Source of the DNA: Coriobacteriaceae bacterium
Lineage (GTDB): Bacteria > Actinomycetota > Coriobacteriia > Anaerosomatales > D1FN1-002
Assembly: GCA_013824215.1 (NCBI GenBank)
Contig: PNNM01000002.1
Coordinates: 1 to 39,822 of the forward strand
Reading direction: 5' to 3'
DNA: 39,822 nucleotides
A program made the position numbers and the translations under genes. Of this stretch, positions 7,611 through 16,278 are shown in pieces. How positions within the stretch are numbered: the stretch's first letter is position 1; the number at the start of each line of letters is the position of its first letter. Under the pieces are notes generated by a model. That model saw only the letters and a program-made list of their open reading frames with translations, was not told the origin of the DNA and did no database searches.

Positions 7611-9787
7611 GATGCGGTTCCTCCTTCCCGGCCGGCTCCGCCGGCGTGTAGGACCAACTGTTTCGTGCGCAGTCGGAAAGGCGAGAACGCTCTCCCGCCC
7701 CCCTCGTAGAACTTGCTGAAGAACTCGACGAACTGCAGTCGAGCCGGGTGCACGAACGCACCGAGGAGATTGATGACCACGTTGAACGCGTGCCCTACCG
7801 CGAACACGATCGCGGCCAGGAGCGCTACCAGCACAGCGAGCGCGATGAACGCACCGCCTTTCGCCCACAGCGACGCGGCACCTCCCCAGACCATGCCCGC
7901 GAGCAGGTTGAAGGCGAAACCCACCAGCGTGCCCGAGAGTCCGAGAGCCGCGAGCCTGCTGTAGGAGAGGATGTCGCCGATGAACGACGACATGCCGTAC
8001 ACGGAGAAGGCCCCGCCGAGCACGGCCACGACCGAGCGTCTGACCACCGGTGAGATAGCCAGTCCCCCCGCGGTGGCCGCGAGCCACAGGTACGTCGCCG
8101 CGCTCGGCCCGCCGAAGGCGAGCGCTCCGAGCCACCCGACGGTGAGCGCGAACCAAACGACGCCCGACCCCCTGTCCCAAGCTGGGCGCTCCGCATCGCC
8201 CCAGGCGGCCTGGAGCACTCGTCCCTGCATCAGGATCGCGACTCCGATGCCGATGACCACTGCCCACTGTGCTGCACCTGGAACGACGAAGGCCACCGCC
8301 AGCATACCGAAGAGGAAGAAGGTGGACAGCTGCTCGTAGACCGCGGAGGCTGCGTCCCCACGCCGGAACAGCTCCCACGCGGCGATGAACACGCCGAAGA
8401 ACACCTGCGTCACACCGAGCACGATGGTGAACAGCAGGAACACGGTGAGATCCTTCATCGGGTCGATGACGCGCATCGAGAGAAGGAACGGCGGCAGGCT
8501 CTCGGCCGGCAGCGCTAGATAAGAGCCCTGCAGAGCGCCCGACACGATGGCCGCGGCGCCACCGTACATCACCAGATCCATGAATCGCTTGACGCCCGGC
8601 GCCACGTCCAGTCTGGTCTTGATGAGGTACGCGCCGAGGATCAGCAGCGCGCCATACCCGACATCGCTGATACAGATCGCGAAGAACACGAGGAAGAACG
8701 GCGCGAGCAGCGGCGTGGGATCCACCTCGTCGTGGCGCGGACGACCGTACAGGTCGGTGAGCGTCTCGAACGGCCGCAGCCACCGCGGGTTGTCGAGCTC
8801 CACCGGCGGGACGTCGTCCTCCCCCGGCTCTTCCAGGGTGATATCCACGGCGTCGGCCCAGGGCTCGAGCGCGGACGCGAGCCCATCGGCCGCCGAGGCA
8901 CGGATCCACCCGGTGATCCCGAACGCGCGCTCCGTCGCGCCGAAGTGCTCCCTGACGAGGAGTGCGTCCCGGGCGGAGTCGACCGACTCGACGAGCGCCA
9001 CGACGTAGCGGTAGTCCTCCACCGCCAGCTCGCGAGCGCGCTCCTCCAGATGGTCGTGCGCCGCCTGAAGATCGGCGATCCTCGTCCGGGCGCGGGCCAT
9101 CTCCTCGGCCGGGTAGTCCTGCAGGCCGTGGAAGTCGTACTCCGCGAAGTCGGTGGAGGCCAGGAGCGAGCGCACCGCCTCGAGCACCGAGCGGTGCGCC
9201 ATCACCACCCAAGCCTGCCGCGGACCGACCGCGCCGAACTCCTCGACCGAGGTTTCCGGGGCGGCCTCGCGCAACGCCTGCCGGATCGCGGCGCCCCGGG
9301 AGGCCGGGACCGTACCGGCGAAGAGCGCCACGTTCTTGGTCGCGTGCAGCCGCGAGATCTGCAGGTGGCTCTCCTTCCACGGATCGAGCTCGACGATGAG
9401 GGCGCGCAGACGCACGCACTCGCGCTCACCCGAGGCGAGGCGGTCCGATATCGACACGCACTCCCTGTACAGCCTCATGAAGCGCGCGCCCGGTTCGAGC
9501 TCCAGGAACTCGTCCCGGGTCAGGTGCACCTTCTCGCTCACGAAAGCGGCGAACGGCTGCGTCGGCGTATGGTATCGGGACAGGAACCCTCGAACGAAGT
9601 GAGCGTCGGCCGACCATTCGTCGAGGCGCCGCAGCCGCTCGTCGTCATGGGGCATCTCCTCGGGAGGCAGCGAGAAGTCCTGTGCCGCGACCTCCAGTAC
9701 GCCGTGACGCTGCAGAGCCGTCACGACGTCGTCCATGACGGGCCGGTAGCTCAGCACGGCGACCTTGAGCATGCGCGCGACTGCCAC
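7607..9787 (-). CDS. atpI: A/V-type ATP synthase subunit I (stator a-subunit)
   Basis: 726 aa. MAVARMLKVAVLSY... cytoplasmic N-terminal half followed by a multi-TM C-terminal half. Operon position fits. Confidence 0.9.
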   Translation of the reverse strand: MAVARMLKVAVLSYRPVMDDVVTALQRHGVLEVAAQDFSLPPEEMPHDDERLRRLDEWSADAHFVRGFLSRYHTPTQPFAAFVSEKVHLTRDEFLELEPGARFMRLYRECVSISDRLASGERECVRLRALIVELDPWKESHLQISRLHATKNVALFAGTVPASRGAAIRQALREAAPETSVEEFGAVGPRQAWVVMAHRSVLEAVRSLLASTDFAEYDFHGLQDYPAEEMARARTRIADLQAAHDHLEERARELAVEDYRYVVALVESVDSARDALLVREHFGATERAFGITGWIRASAADGLASALEPWADAVDITLEEPGEDDVPPVELDNPRWLRPFETLTDLYGRPRHDEVDPTPLLAPFFLVFFAICISDVGYGALLILGAYLIKTRLDVAPGVKRFMDLVMYGGAAAIVSGALQGSYLALPAESLPPFLLSMRVIDPMKDLTVFLLFTIVLGVTQVFFGVFIAAWELFRRGDAASAVYEQLSTFFLFGMLAVAFVVPGAAQWAVVIGIGVAILMQGRVLQAAWGDAERPAWDRGSGVVWFALTVGWLGALAFGGPSAATYLWLAATAGGLAISPVVRRSVVAVLGGAFSVYGMSSFIGDILSYSRLAALGLSGTLVGFAFNLLAGMVWGGAASLWAKGGAFIALAVLVALLAAIVFAVGHAFNVVINLLGAFVHPARLQFVEFFSKFYEGGGRAFSPFRLRTKQLVLHAGGAGREGGTAS

Positions 9788-9792
9788 GGGCT

Positions 9793-10098
9793 TCAGCCCA
9801 CCAGTTCGCGCACGGCGGCCGCGATCGCTTCCGGGAGCGCCTTCTCGCCTGCGGCCCGCAGCTCGTCCACGGCGGTCGCGTCCTTCTCGCCGATCCGCGC
9901 CGCATCCGCGCGCGCATCCGCGAGGGCGTCCTCGCGCAGGCGAGCCGCCTCCTCTGCGGCCTGGCGCTGCGCCTCACGGCGCACGAGGTCCGCTTCCGCA
10001 GTCGCCTGCGCGAGGATCCCCGCGGCCCGCGACTGCGCGTCGCCGAGTGCCTGCCGCGCATCCTCTTCGGCACGGAGGATGGATTCGAGTTTGTCCAT
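9793..10098 (-). CDS. A/V-type ATP synthase small peripheral-stalk subunit (G/H-like)
   Basis: 101-aa Ala/Glu/Arg coiled-coil protein (MDKLESILRAEEDARQAL...). It is the first gene of the operon, as in Thermus-type operons. Confidence 0.7.
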   Translation of the reverse strand: MDKLESILRAEEDARQALGDAQSRAAGILAQATAEADLVRREAQRQAAEEAARLREDALADARADAARIGEKDATAVDELRAAGEKALPEAIAAAVRELVG

Positions 10099-10134
10099 GT
10101 GCCCCTGACCCCCGACGTTGCGGTGCGAGGTAGG

Positions 10135-10162
10135 ATTCTAGCACTACCCGACGCGCGGTCAC
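10135..10162 (-). promoter_or_regulatory. Putative sigma-A-type promoter of the ATPase operon
   Basis: Minus strand reads GTGACC, a 16-nt spacer that ends in the extended -10 TG dinucleotide, then TAGAAT (TGcTAGAAT), about 35 nt upstream of the first ATG (10098). Confidence 0.45.
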
Positions 10163-10290
10163 CGGCGCTTCAGGCACGTCATCCACTCCGTTCGGGGCTA
10201 CGACGCGCGAGCGTGATACCCTGCCACCACGAACGGCGGACGGTCGACTTTGCCCCGCGAGCGGACGATGGCGATGGCTTCAGGAACGAC

Positions 10291-11232
10291 ATGACGAGGC
10301 GCTGGCGCGCGGGTGACATCGATCGGGCGAGCATCGACCTGAGCGGCGTGCCCACCCCACCCGAAGCGGACGGCGTCACGGTCCGACGGTCCAGGCGACG
10401 CCGCAGGCCCGCGTGGGTCCCGGCGCTCGCGACCGGCGTCTGCCTCCTGCTGCTCGGTGCGGGGCTCCTCGTGTGGCGCGCGGTCCCTCTGAGGGACTCC
10501 GCCGAGGCGGCGAGCACGGAGACGGCGGCGGGAACGCGCCCGCCCGCGGTCACCGCCGAGCCGCTCGAGGAGCCGACCCCCATCTTCGCGCGGTACCGCA
10601 GCATGCAGGTGCACCTGCCGGTTCCCTGCAAGGCCGTCACCGTGATCGCGTTCCACCAGGCCGCTCGGGACAACGCGTTGCACCTCGCCTCGCTCCTGCC
10701 CGACGCGAGCATGTCCAAGGCCGCCGAACTCAGGAAGCGGGCCAGCTACACCTACACCACCGGGAGCGGCAACGGCACGGACGCCGCCGAGGTCTCGGCC
10801 GCCGAGCAGGGAGTGCCGGCGATCCTCTCCGGCCAGGTCCTGAGGCTGTGGCGCAGCAGCCGCCACGGCGCGCCCGACAGTGCGGCCGACGTCGGCGCCA
10901 AACCGGGAACCACGGTCTTCGCACCGGTCAGCGGCACGGTGCTGCTGGTCAGACCGTACAAGCTCTACGGCGAGTTCCACGACTACGAGGTGCACATCCA
11001 GCCGCAAGCATGGCCCGAGGTGGACTGCGTGCTCATCCACGTGACGGACGTGACCGTGCAGGCGAGCGACACCGTGGTGGGCGGGGTGACCCCGATCGCA
11101 CGCGTCCGCGACCTGGCCAGGAAGGTCCAGCCACAGCTCGGGCAGTACACGCCCGACGCGGGCGACCACGTGCACGTCCAACTGAACCGCCTCGAGGTGC
11201 CCGGTAGGATCGACCTGCTCGGCGGCTCCTAG
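10291..11232 (+). CDS. Membrane-anchored LytM/M23-like domain protein
   Basis: ATG 10291 chosen, because the ORF-track start at 10099 abuts the divergent ATPase start. Arg-rich stretch plus TM segment (PAWVPALATGVCLLLLGAGLLVW). C-terminal AADVGAKPGTTVFAPVSGTVLLV ... GDHVHVQL resembles the M23 core and its HxH motif. The first HxxxD motif is not clear. Confidence 0.55.
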   Translation: MTRRWRAGDIDRASIDLSGVPTPPEADGVTVRRSRRRRRPAWVPALATGVCLLLLGAGLLVWRAVPLRDSAEAASTETAAGTRPPAVTAEPLEEPTPIFARYRSMQVHLPVPCKAVTVIAFHQAARDNALHLASLLPDASMSKAAELRKRASYTYTTGSGNGTDAAEVSAAEQGVPAILSGQVLRLWRSSRHGAPDSAADVGAKPGTTVFAPVSGTVLLVRPYKLYGEFHDYEVHIQPQAWPEVDCVLIHVTDVTVQASDTVVGGVTPIARVRDLARKVQPQLGQYTPDAGDHVHVQLNRLEVPGRIDLLGGS

Positions 11233-11456
11233 GCGCTGCCGCCCTCGGGCGGGACGTCGCCGGCGTGACGCAGGTGGCCGCGGAACCTGCGGTCGAACTC
11301 GGAGCGCACGAGCATCACTTTGCGCCCGCACCCGACACAGCGCAGGCCGATGTCCATCCCGATCCGCGTGACCTCCCACTCGTTGGTCCCGCACGGGTGC
11401 GGCTTCTTGAGCTTGACGACGTCACCCGACTTCACCGGCGTGATGGGTACCGCCAC
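11229..11456 (-). CDS. DUF951-family small protein
   Basis: SGDVVKLKKPHPCGTNEWEVTRIGMDIGLRCVGCGRKVMLVRSEFDRRF matches the DUF951 (B. subtilis YyzM-like) pattern. The GTG start directly follows the response-regulator stop codon. Confidence 0.8.
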   Translation of the reverse strand: MAVPITPVKSGDVVKLKKPHPCGTNEWEVTRIGMDIGLRCVGCGRKVMLVRSEFDRRFRGHLRHAGDVPPEGGSA

Positions 11457-12227
11457 TCAGATGCCGACCGCCTCGCGGAACGACTTGAGCTGCCTCCGGG
11501 CCACCGGGATGTGGGTCTCGTCCCGGTCGGCCGAGACCACGACGTAGCCGCCGTCGAGGCGCAGGATCTCCTTGACCTTGTTCAGGTTCACCATGTAGCT
11601 GCGGTGCACGCGGGCGAAAGGCTCGCGCGCCAGCTTGTGCTCCAAGTCGGCCAGCGACAGATCGACCAGGTACTGGTTCTCGTAGGTGTGCACGTACGTG
11701 GACTTGTTGCGTGCCGAGACGTAGACGACCTCGTCGATCGCGAGCAGGACCGTCCTGCCACCCTTGCGCACCGCGAGCTTCCGGAACTCCGAGTCCGCAC
11801 CCGCGCCCGGCCCCGCGGTGCCTCTGCGGCTCGCGCGAACGAGGCTCTGCACGCGGGCGGAGAGCTCGAGCACGCTGAACGGCTTGACCACGTACTGCTG
11901 CACGCCCTGCTTGAACGCTAGGATCTTGGCGAGGTCCTGGGTCTTGGCGGTGAGCATGATGACCGGGATGTGCTCGGTGGCCGGATCGTTGCGGATCTCC
12001 ATGAGCGTCATCCAGCCGTCGACGCGCGGCATCATGATGTCGAGGACCACGACGTCGACCTTCTCGCGGGCCAGCACCTGGAGCGCCTCGGCGCCATCAC
12101 CCGCGCCGAACACGCGCATCCCGTCTGTCTCCAAGCCGAGGCGGACCATGTCCACCACGGCGGGATCGTCGTCCACGATCAGGACGTTCGCGCTCTCGCG
12201 CTCAGCGCTTCCATGCTCGTCGGTCAC
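11457..12227 (-). CDS. Response regulator with a LytTR DNA-binding domain
   Basis: The REC domain has VLIVDDD, the acceptor Asp in VVLDIMMP, and LTAK. The C-terminal LytTR domain has VYVSARNKSTYVHT...RVHRSYMVNLNKV. No histidine kinase gene is adjacent. Confidence 0.9.
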   Translation of the reverse strand: MTDEHGSAERESANVLIVDDDPAVVDMVRLGLETDGMRVFGAGDGAEALQVLAREKVDVVVLDIMMPRVDGWMTLMEIRNDPATEHIPVIMLTAKTQDLAKILAFKQGVQQYVVKPFSVLELSARVQSLVRASRRGTAGPGAGADSEFRKLAVRKGGRTVLLAIDEVVYVSARNKSTYVHTYENQYLVDLSLADLEHKLAREPFARVHRSYMVNLNKVKEILRLDGGYVVVSADRDETHIPVARRQLKSFREAVGI

Positions 12228-12287
12228 GGGCGTCCCATCCGCTCGTCCGCCCGTCCCCCCGACGGCGCGGCGTTCATGCCCTGCATG

Positions 12288-13745
12288 TTACCGCACGTCG
12301 GGCCGAGCTATCACTCCGTCCCGCGAGCGCAACCAGTCGTCCATCGCCAGGGCCGCCGTCTTCCCGGCGCCCATCGCGAGGATGACCGTCGCCGAACCGG
12401 TCACGATGTCGCCGCCGGCGAACACGCCAGGCATCGACGTCGACCCGTCATCCCCGGTGATCACGTAGCCTCGGCCGTTCAGCTCGAGATCCGGCGCGGT
12501 CGAGGTCAGCAGCGGGTTGGCCCGAGTCCCCACGGCGCTGATGACGGTGTCGCACTCGATCCCGAACTCGCTGCCGAGCACGCACACCGGCGCCCGGCGC
12601 CCGCTCGCGTCCGGCTCGCCGAGCTCCATGCGCGTGGCGACCAGCCCCGTCACCCAGCCGTCGCTCCCCCGTATCTCGGTCGGCGCGCACAGCATCTCGA
12701 ACCGCACGCCCTCCTCGCGGGCGTGGTGGACCTCCTCGCGCCGCGCCGGCATCTCCTCTTCCGTGCGCCGGTAGGCGAGGAACACCTCCTCGGCACCGAG
12801 CCGCAGCGCGGTGCGGGCCGCGTCCATCGCGACGTTGCCGCCGCCGACGACGGCCACCTTGCGACCGCGCCAGATGGGCGTGTCGTACATGGGGAACTCG
12901 TAGGCGCGCATGAGGTTGGCGCGCGTGAGGAACTCGTTGGCGGAGTACACCCCGTTCAGGTTCTCCCCCGGGATGCCGAGGAACACCGGCAACCCCGCGC
13001 CCACCCCGATGAAGACGGCGTCGTAGCCCTCCTCGCCCATCAGCTCGTCGATGGTGTAGGTCGCGCCCACCACCGCGTCGCAGACGAGCTCCACGCCCAT
13101 CTCCTCGAGCACGCCGACCTCGGCGGTGACGATCTGCTTGGGCAGACGGAACTCCGGGATGCCGTAGGTGAGCACGCCGCCGGGCGCGTGCAGCGACTCG
13201 AACACGGTGACCGCGTGGCCGAGACGCCGAAGCTCACCGGCGCACGCAAGGCCCGCGGGCCCGGAACCCACAACAGCCACGCGACGGCCGGTCGGCTCGC
13301 CCACGACCGGCTTGCAGCGGTGCTCGAGGTCGCAGGCCAGATCGTAGTCGCCGAGGTAGCGCTCGAGTCGCCCGATGGCGACCGGCTCGCCCTTGCGCGC
13401 GAGCACGCACGTCTTCTCGCACTGGTCCTCCTGCGGACAGACGCGCCCGCAGACGGCCGGCAGGGCGTTGCGCTCCTTGAGCGCCGCTACGCCCTCGGCC
13501 CACTCCCGCAACTGGATGTGCGCGATGAAGCGCTTGATGTCGATGCGCACCGGACAGCCCTCGATGCACGTCGGGTTCTTGCACTGGATGCAGCGTGCGG
13601 CCTCCGCGAGCGCCTGCTCCTCCGTATAGCCGAGCGCCACCTCGTCGAAGACGCACGCCCGCTCGGCAGCGTCCCGCTCCGGCATCGGTGTGCGGGGTGC
13701 CTTCGACGGCTTGGGCCGCTCGGGGGTGTCGTCTACAGCGTGCAC
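12288..13745 (-). CDS. nfnB: NfnB/SudA/GltD-like NADPH-dependent oxidoreductase, large subunit
   Basis: Cys clusters CIQCKNPTCIEGCP and CGRVCPQEDQCEKTC, plus two dinucleotide folds (VAVVGSGPAGLA, VAVVGGGNVAMD). The start is ambiguous: GTG 13745 overlaps the nfnA stop and keeps the K/R-P-x-PER N-terminus seen in SudA-type proteins. ATG 13685 is the alternative. Confidence 0.88.
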   Translation of the reverse strand: MHAVDDTPERPKPSKAPRTPMPERDAAERACVFDEVALGYTEEQALAEAARCIQCKNPTCIEGCPVRIDIKRFIAHIQLREWAEGVAALKERNALPAVCGRVCPQEDQCEKTCVLARKGEPVAIGRLERYLGDYDLACDLEHRCKPVVGEPTGRRVAVVGSGPAGLACAGELRRLGHAVTVFESLHAPGGVLTYGIPEFRLPKQIVTAEVGVLEEMGVELVCDAVVGATYTIDELMGEEGYDAVFIGVGAGLPVFLGIPGENLNGVYSANEFLTRANLMRAYEFPMYDTPIWRGRKVAVVGGGNVAMDAARTALRLGAEEVFLAYRRTEEEMPARREEVHHAREEGVRFEMLCAPTEIRGSDGWVTGLVATRMELGEPDASGRRAPVCVLGSEFGIECDTVISAVGTRANPLLTSTAPDLELNGRGYVITGDDGSTSMPGVFAGGDIVTGSATVILAMGAGKTAALAMDDWLRSRDGVIARPDVR

Positions 13746-14572
13746 GAGCAGCCCTTCGAGTACTCCGAGTCGGCCTCGCGCTCCAGATCGGCGTAGACGC
13801 GCTGGCGGCTCATCAGCTGCTCCCAGTCGACTCCCCACCCGTCGACGTCGGGACCGTCCACGCAGCCGAAGATCGTCTTGCCGCTCACACTCACGCGACA
13901 GGCGCCGCACATCCCCGTCCCGTCCACCATGATCGGGTTGAGCGAGACGGTGCAGGGCACGCCGTGCTCACGCGCGGTCTGGGCGCAGAACTTCATCATG
14001 ATCGCGGGCCCGACGGCGAAAGAGCAGTCGATCGCGTCGGCCTCGGCGAGGCGCTTCAGCGGCGCGGTGACCAGGCCCTTCTCGCCCGCGGACCCGTCGT
14101 CCGTGACGACGACGAGTTCGCGCAGCGGCAGAGCACGGAACTCGTCTTCGAGCACGAGCAGATCCTTGTTGCGGGCGCCGAGGACGACCGTGACCTCGTC
14201 GCCGGCCTCGCACATCGCGCGCGCCACCGGGTAGGCCACCGCGGCGCCCACGCCGCCGCCGATGACGGCGACCCGCCCGAGCCCGCCGACGTGCGTCGGT
14301 CTGCCGAGCGGCCCCACGAGGTCGGCCAGCTCCTGACCCACCTCGAGATGCGAGAGCTTGTGCGTCGTCTTGCCGACGCGCATGACGATGAAGCGCACCT
14401 CGCCGCATGTCGTGTCCCAGTCCGAGAAGGTGAGCGGTATGCGCTCGCCTTTCGAATCCGTACGAAGCATGAGGAACTGGCCGGCCCGGACCTTGCGCGC
14501 GACCTTCGGGGCGTGGACACCCATCTCGAACACGGAGTCCGACAGGACGCGCTTGTGCGTGATCGGGAACAT
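13733..14572 (-). CDS. nfnA: NfnA/SudB-like ferredoxin-NADP reductase-type small subunit
   Basis: FAD/NAD-binding FNR-like fold (RIPLTFSDW, VAVIGGGVGAA) and the C-terminal [2Fe-2S] motif DGTGMCGACRV...GCVDGP. It is paired with the GltD-like gene. Confidence 0.88.
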   Translation of the reverse strand: MFPITHKRVLSDSVFEMGVHAPKVARKVRAGQFLMLRTDSKGERIPLTFSDWDTTCGEVRFIVMRVGKTTHKLSHLEVGQELADLVGPLGRPTHVGGLGRVAVIGGGVGAAVAYPVARAMCEAGDEVTVVLGARNKDLLVLEDEFRALPLRELVVVTDDGSAGEKGLVTAPLKRLAEADAIDCSFAVGPAIMMKFCAQTAREHGVPCTVSLNPIMVDGTGMCGACRVSVSGKTIFGCVDGPDVDGWGVDWEQLMSRQRVYADLEREADSEYSKGCSCTL

Positions 14573-14675
14573 GGCCGTAGGTTCCCCCTCGCGGGGACGG
14601 CGGGTAGGGACAGCGAATCATATAGTATCCCGACAGGGACCGCCGCCTTAGGCCGCTGGCCGACTGGAGAGCGCC

Positions 14676-15716
14676 ATGCGCCGATACGTCGCACCCACGA
14701 TCGCGCTCGCCCTCGCGCTCGCCGCGAGCGGTTGCGGGCGGGCGCCCGAGCCCGTGACAGTGAGCCGGGACGCGCTCGGGACTGTCGTCTCGATCACCGC
14801 CTACGGGCGCGAAGGCGCGTCCCCTGCTGCCGGTATCGAGACTGCCTTCGAAGTGATGGCTGGCGTGGAACGCCAGCTCGACGCGCACTCCCCAACATCC
14901 GCGGTGGCCGCGTTCAACCGGGGGCCCTATCTCGAACAGCCTCTGCCGGGGGCGACGGTCGCCGTGCTCGACGCGGTCAGGGGTCTCGGAGTCTCGCGGG
15001 AGTACTCGCCCGCGCTGCTCGGCGTGCTGAGGCTCTACGACTTCGAGGGTGCGGGTCGAGTGCCCTCGCAAGCCGAGGTCGAGACGCAGATCTCACTGGC
15101 CCGCGGCTTCCACACGCATACGGACACGGATGGTCCGGTGGTCCGCGCTCACTTCGCGGGGCTGCCGAACGCGTACCCGCCCCCTCCCCCCGGGCTCGAC
15201 CTCGGCGGCGCGGCCAAGGGACTCGCCCTGTCCGAGGCACGTCTCGCCCTCGATGACGCCGCTTCGGCGGCGCTCATCACCGCCGGGAGCACCACCCTGA
15301 CGTTCGGCTCGAAACCCGACGGCGAGCCGTGGCGCATCGGGATCGAGGATCCGCGTGAGCCCGGGGAGGTGATCGCCACCGTCGAGTCCACCGGGGAGGT
15401 CACCGTCTCGACCTCGGGCGACTACCAGCGCTACTTCGAGCGCGACGGCGTCCGCTACCACCACATCATCGACCCGCGGACCGGCCGGCCGGCCCAAGGG
15501 CTACGCTCGCTCACGGTGGCCGGCGCGGCGAGCGGGCTGGACTCGGACATCCTGTCGACCGCGCTGTTCGTCATGGGAGCCGAGAAGGCATCAGCCTACT
15601 GCCGCGCGCACGGGCTCGGGCTCTACGCCGTGGACGACAGGGGGCGGACACATGTCGTGCCCGCCCCGTCGAATGCCGGCTGGCGCCTCGTGGAGCAGGC
15701 GCAGCCGAAGAAGTAG
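14676..15716 (+). CDS. apbE: FAD:protein FMN transferase ApbE, predicted lipoprotein
   Basis: Signal peptide with lipobox LAASGC, plus GGAAKGLAL, TSGDYQRYFERDGVRYHHIIDPRTG and DILSTALFVMG. Confidence 0.9.
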   Translation: MRRYVAPTIALALALAASGCGRAPEPVTVSRDALGTVVSITAYGREGASPAAGIETAFEVMAGVERQLDAHSPTSAVAAFNRGPYLEQPLPGATVAVLDAVRGLGVSREYSPALLGVLRLYDFEGAGRVPSQAEVETQISLARGFHTHTDTDGPVVRAHFAGLPNAYPPPPPGLDLGGAAKGLALSEARLALDDAASAALITAGSTTLTFGSKPDGEPWRIGIEDPREPGEVIATVESTGEVTVSTSGDYQRYFERDGVRYHHIIDPRTGRPAQGLRSLTVAGAASGLDSDILSTALFVMGAEKASAYCRAHGLGLYAVDDRGRTHVVPAPSNAGWRLVEQAQPKK

Positions 15717-15719
15717 CGT

Positions 15720-16109
15720 CTACTGGTCGATCATGCTCTGCACCAGGCCGTAGAGACCCGGGACCTGGCTGTCCTCGCCCTTGTACGCCTTCAGACCGAG
15801 GATGATCTGGTAGATGAACGCGGCGATCGACGCGAGGCCGAACGTGAAGCTGGACAGCAGGATGCCGATGACGGCGACCGCCGCGCCCTGGATGGCGGCG
15901 CTGCGCACGAGGCGAACGCCTTTGTAGTCGTCCAGGAACAGGGCGATGATCCCCCACGGCGCGAAGATCCAGCAAAGCAGCGCGACCAGCCCGACGTTCG
16001 AGTTCGGCGCCGCGGGCTGCGGCGCCGCCGGCGGGGGCGGAGGTGCGGCGGGCATCGGTTCCGGTGCTGGAGTCTCCTCCGGTGCGGGCGTGCCTTGTGT
16101 CTCGTCCAT
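15720..16109 (-). CDS. Small membrane protein with a Pro-rich N-terminus (unknown function)
   Basis: ATG 16109 is preceded by GAAGGGA (an in-frame GTG lies at 16130). N-terminus PAPEETPAPEPMPAAPPPPPAAPQPAAP followed by three hydrophobic helices. The frame has high GC3. Confidence 0.6.
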   Translation of the reverse strand: MDETQGTPAPEETPAPEPMPAAPPPPPAAPQPAAPNSNVGLVALLCWIFAPWGIIALFLDDYKGVRLVRSAAIQGAAVAVIGILLSSFTFGLASIAAFIYQIILGLKAYKGEDSQVPGLYGLVQSMIDQ

Positions 16110-16179
16110 CTGCGATCCATCCCTTCGCACGGTGTACGCGCGCCTGCCTTCCGGCGCGTCGGGGGATGCCCCCTTAGGT

Positions 16180-16208
16180 TTGAACTATACCCCTTGCGCT
16201 GGTAGAAT
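16180..16208 (+). promoter_or_regulatory. Putative sigma-A-type promoter of the M23 peptidase gene
   Basis: TTGAAC, a 17-nt spacer that ends in the extended -10 TG dinucleotide, then TAGAAT (TGgTAGAAT). It sits in the only AT-rich patch of the intergenic region, about 70 nt upstream of ATG 16279. A TATAGT on the opposite strand (16191..16186) may serve the divergent gene. Confidence 0.5.
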
Positions 16209-16278
16209 GCGTCATCGGAGCGCCCACCGGGGGTGAACGCAGCCAAACCGTAGCCGACTCACCGGGGGAATCGAAGCA

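Noticed and set aside
10099-10290. Start of the LytM-like gene at GTG 10099, and a TGATACCCT extended -10 (10214-10222) for it.
   Set aside because: The 10099 start would abut the divergent ATPase start codon and consume the whole promoter region. The candidate -10 has no recognisable -35, so it is not listed as a feature.
11229-11232. Convergent LytM-like and DUF951 genes share the palindrome CTAG as overlapping stop codons.
   Set aside because: This is real but trivial: a 4-nt convergent overlap with no evidence of function.
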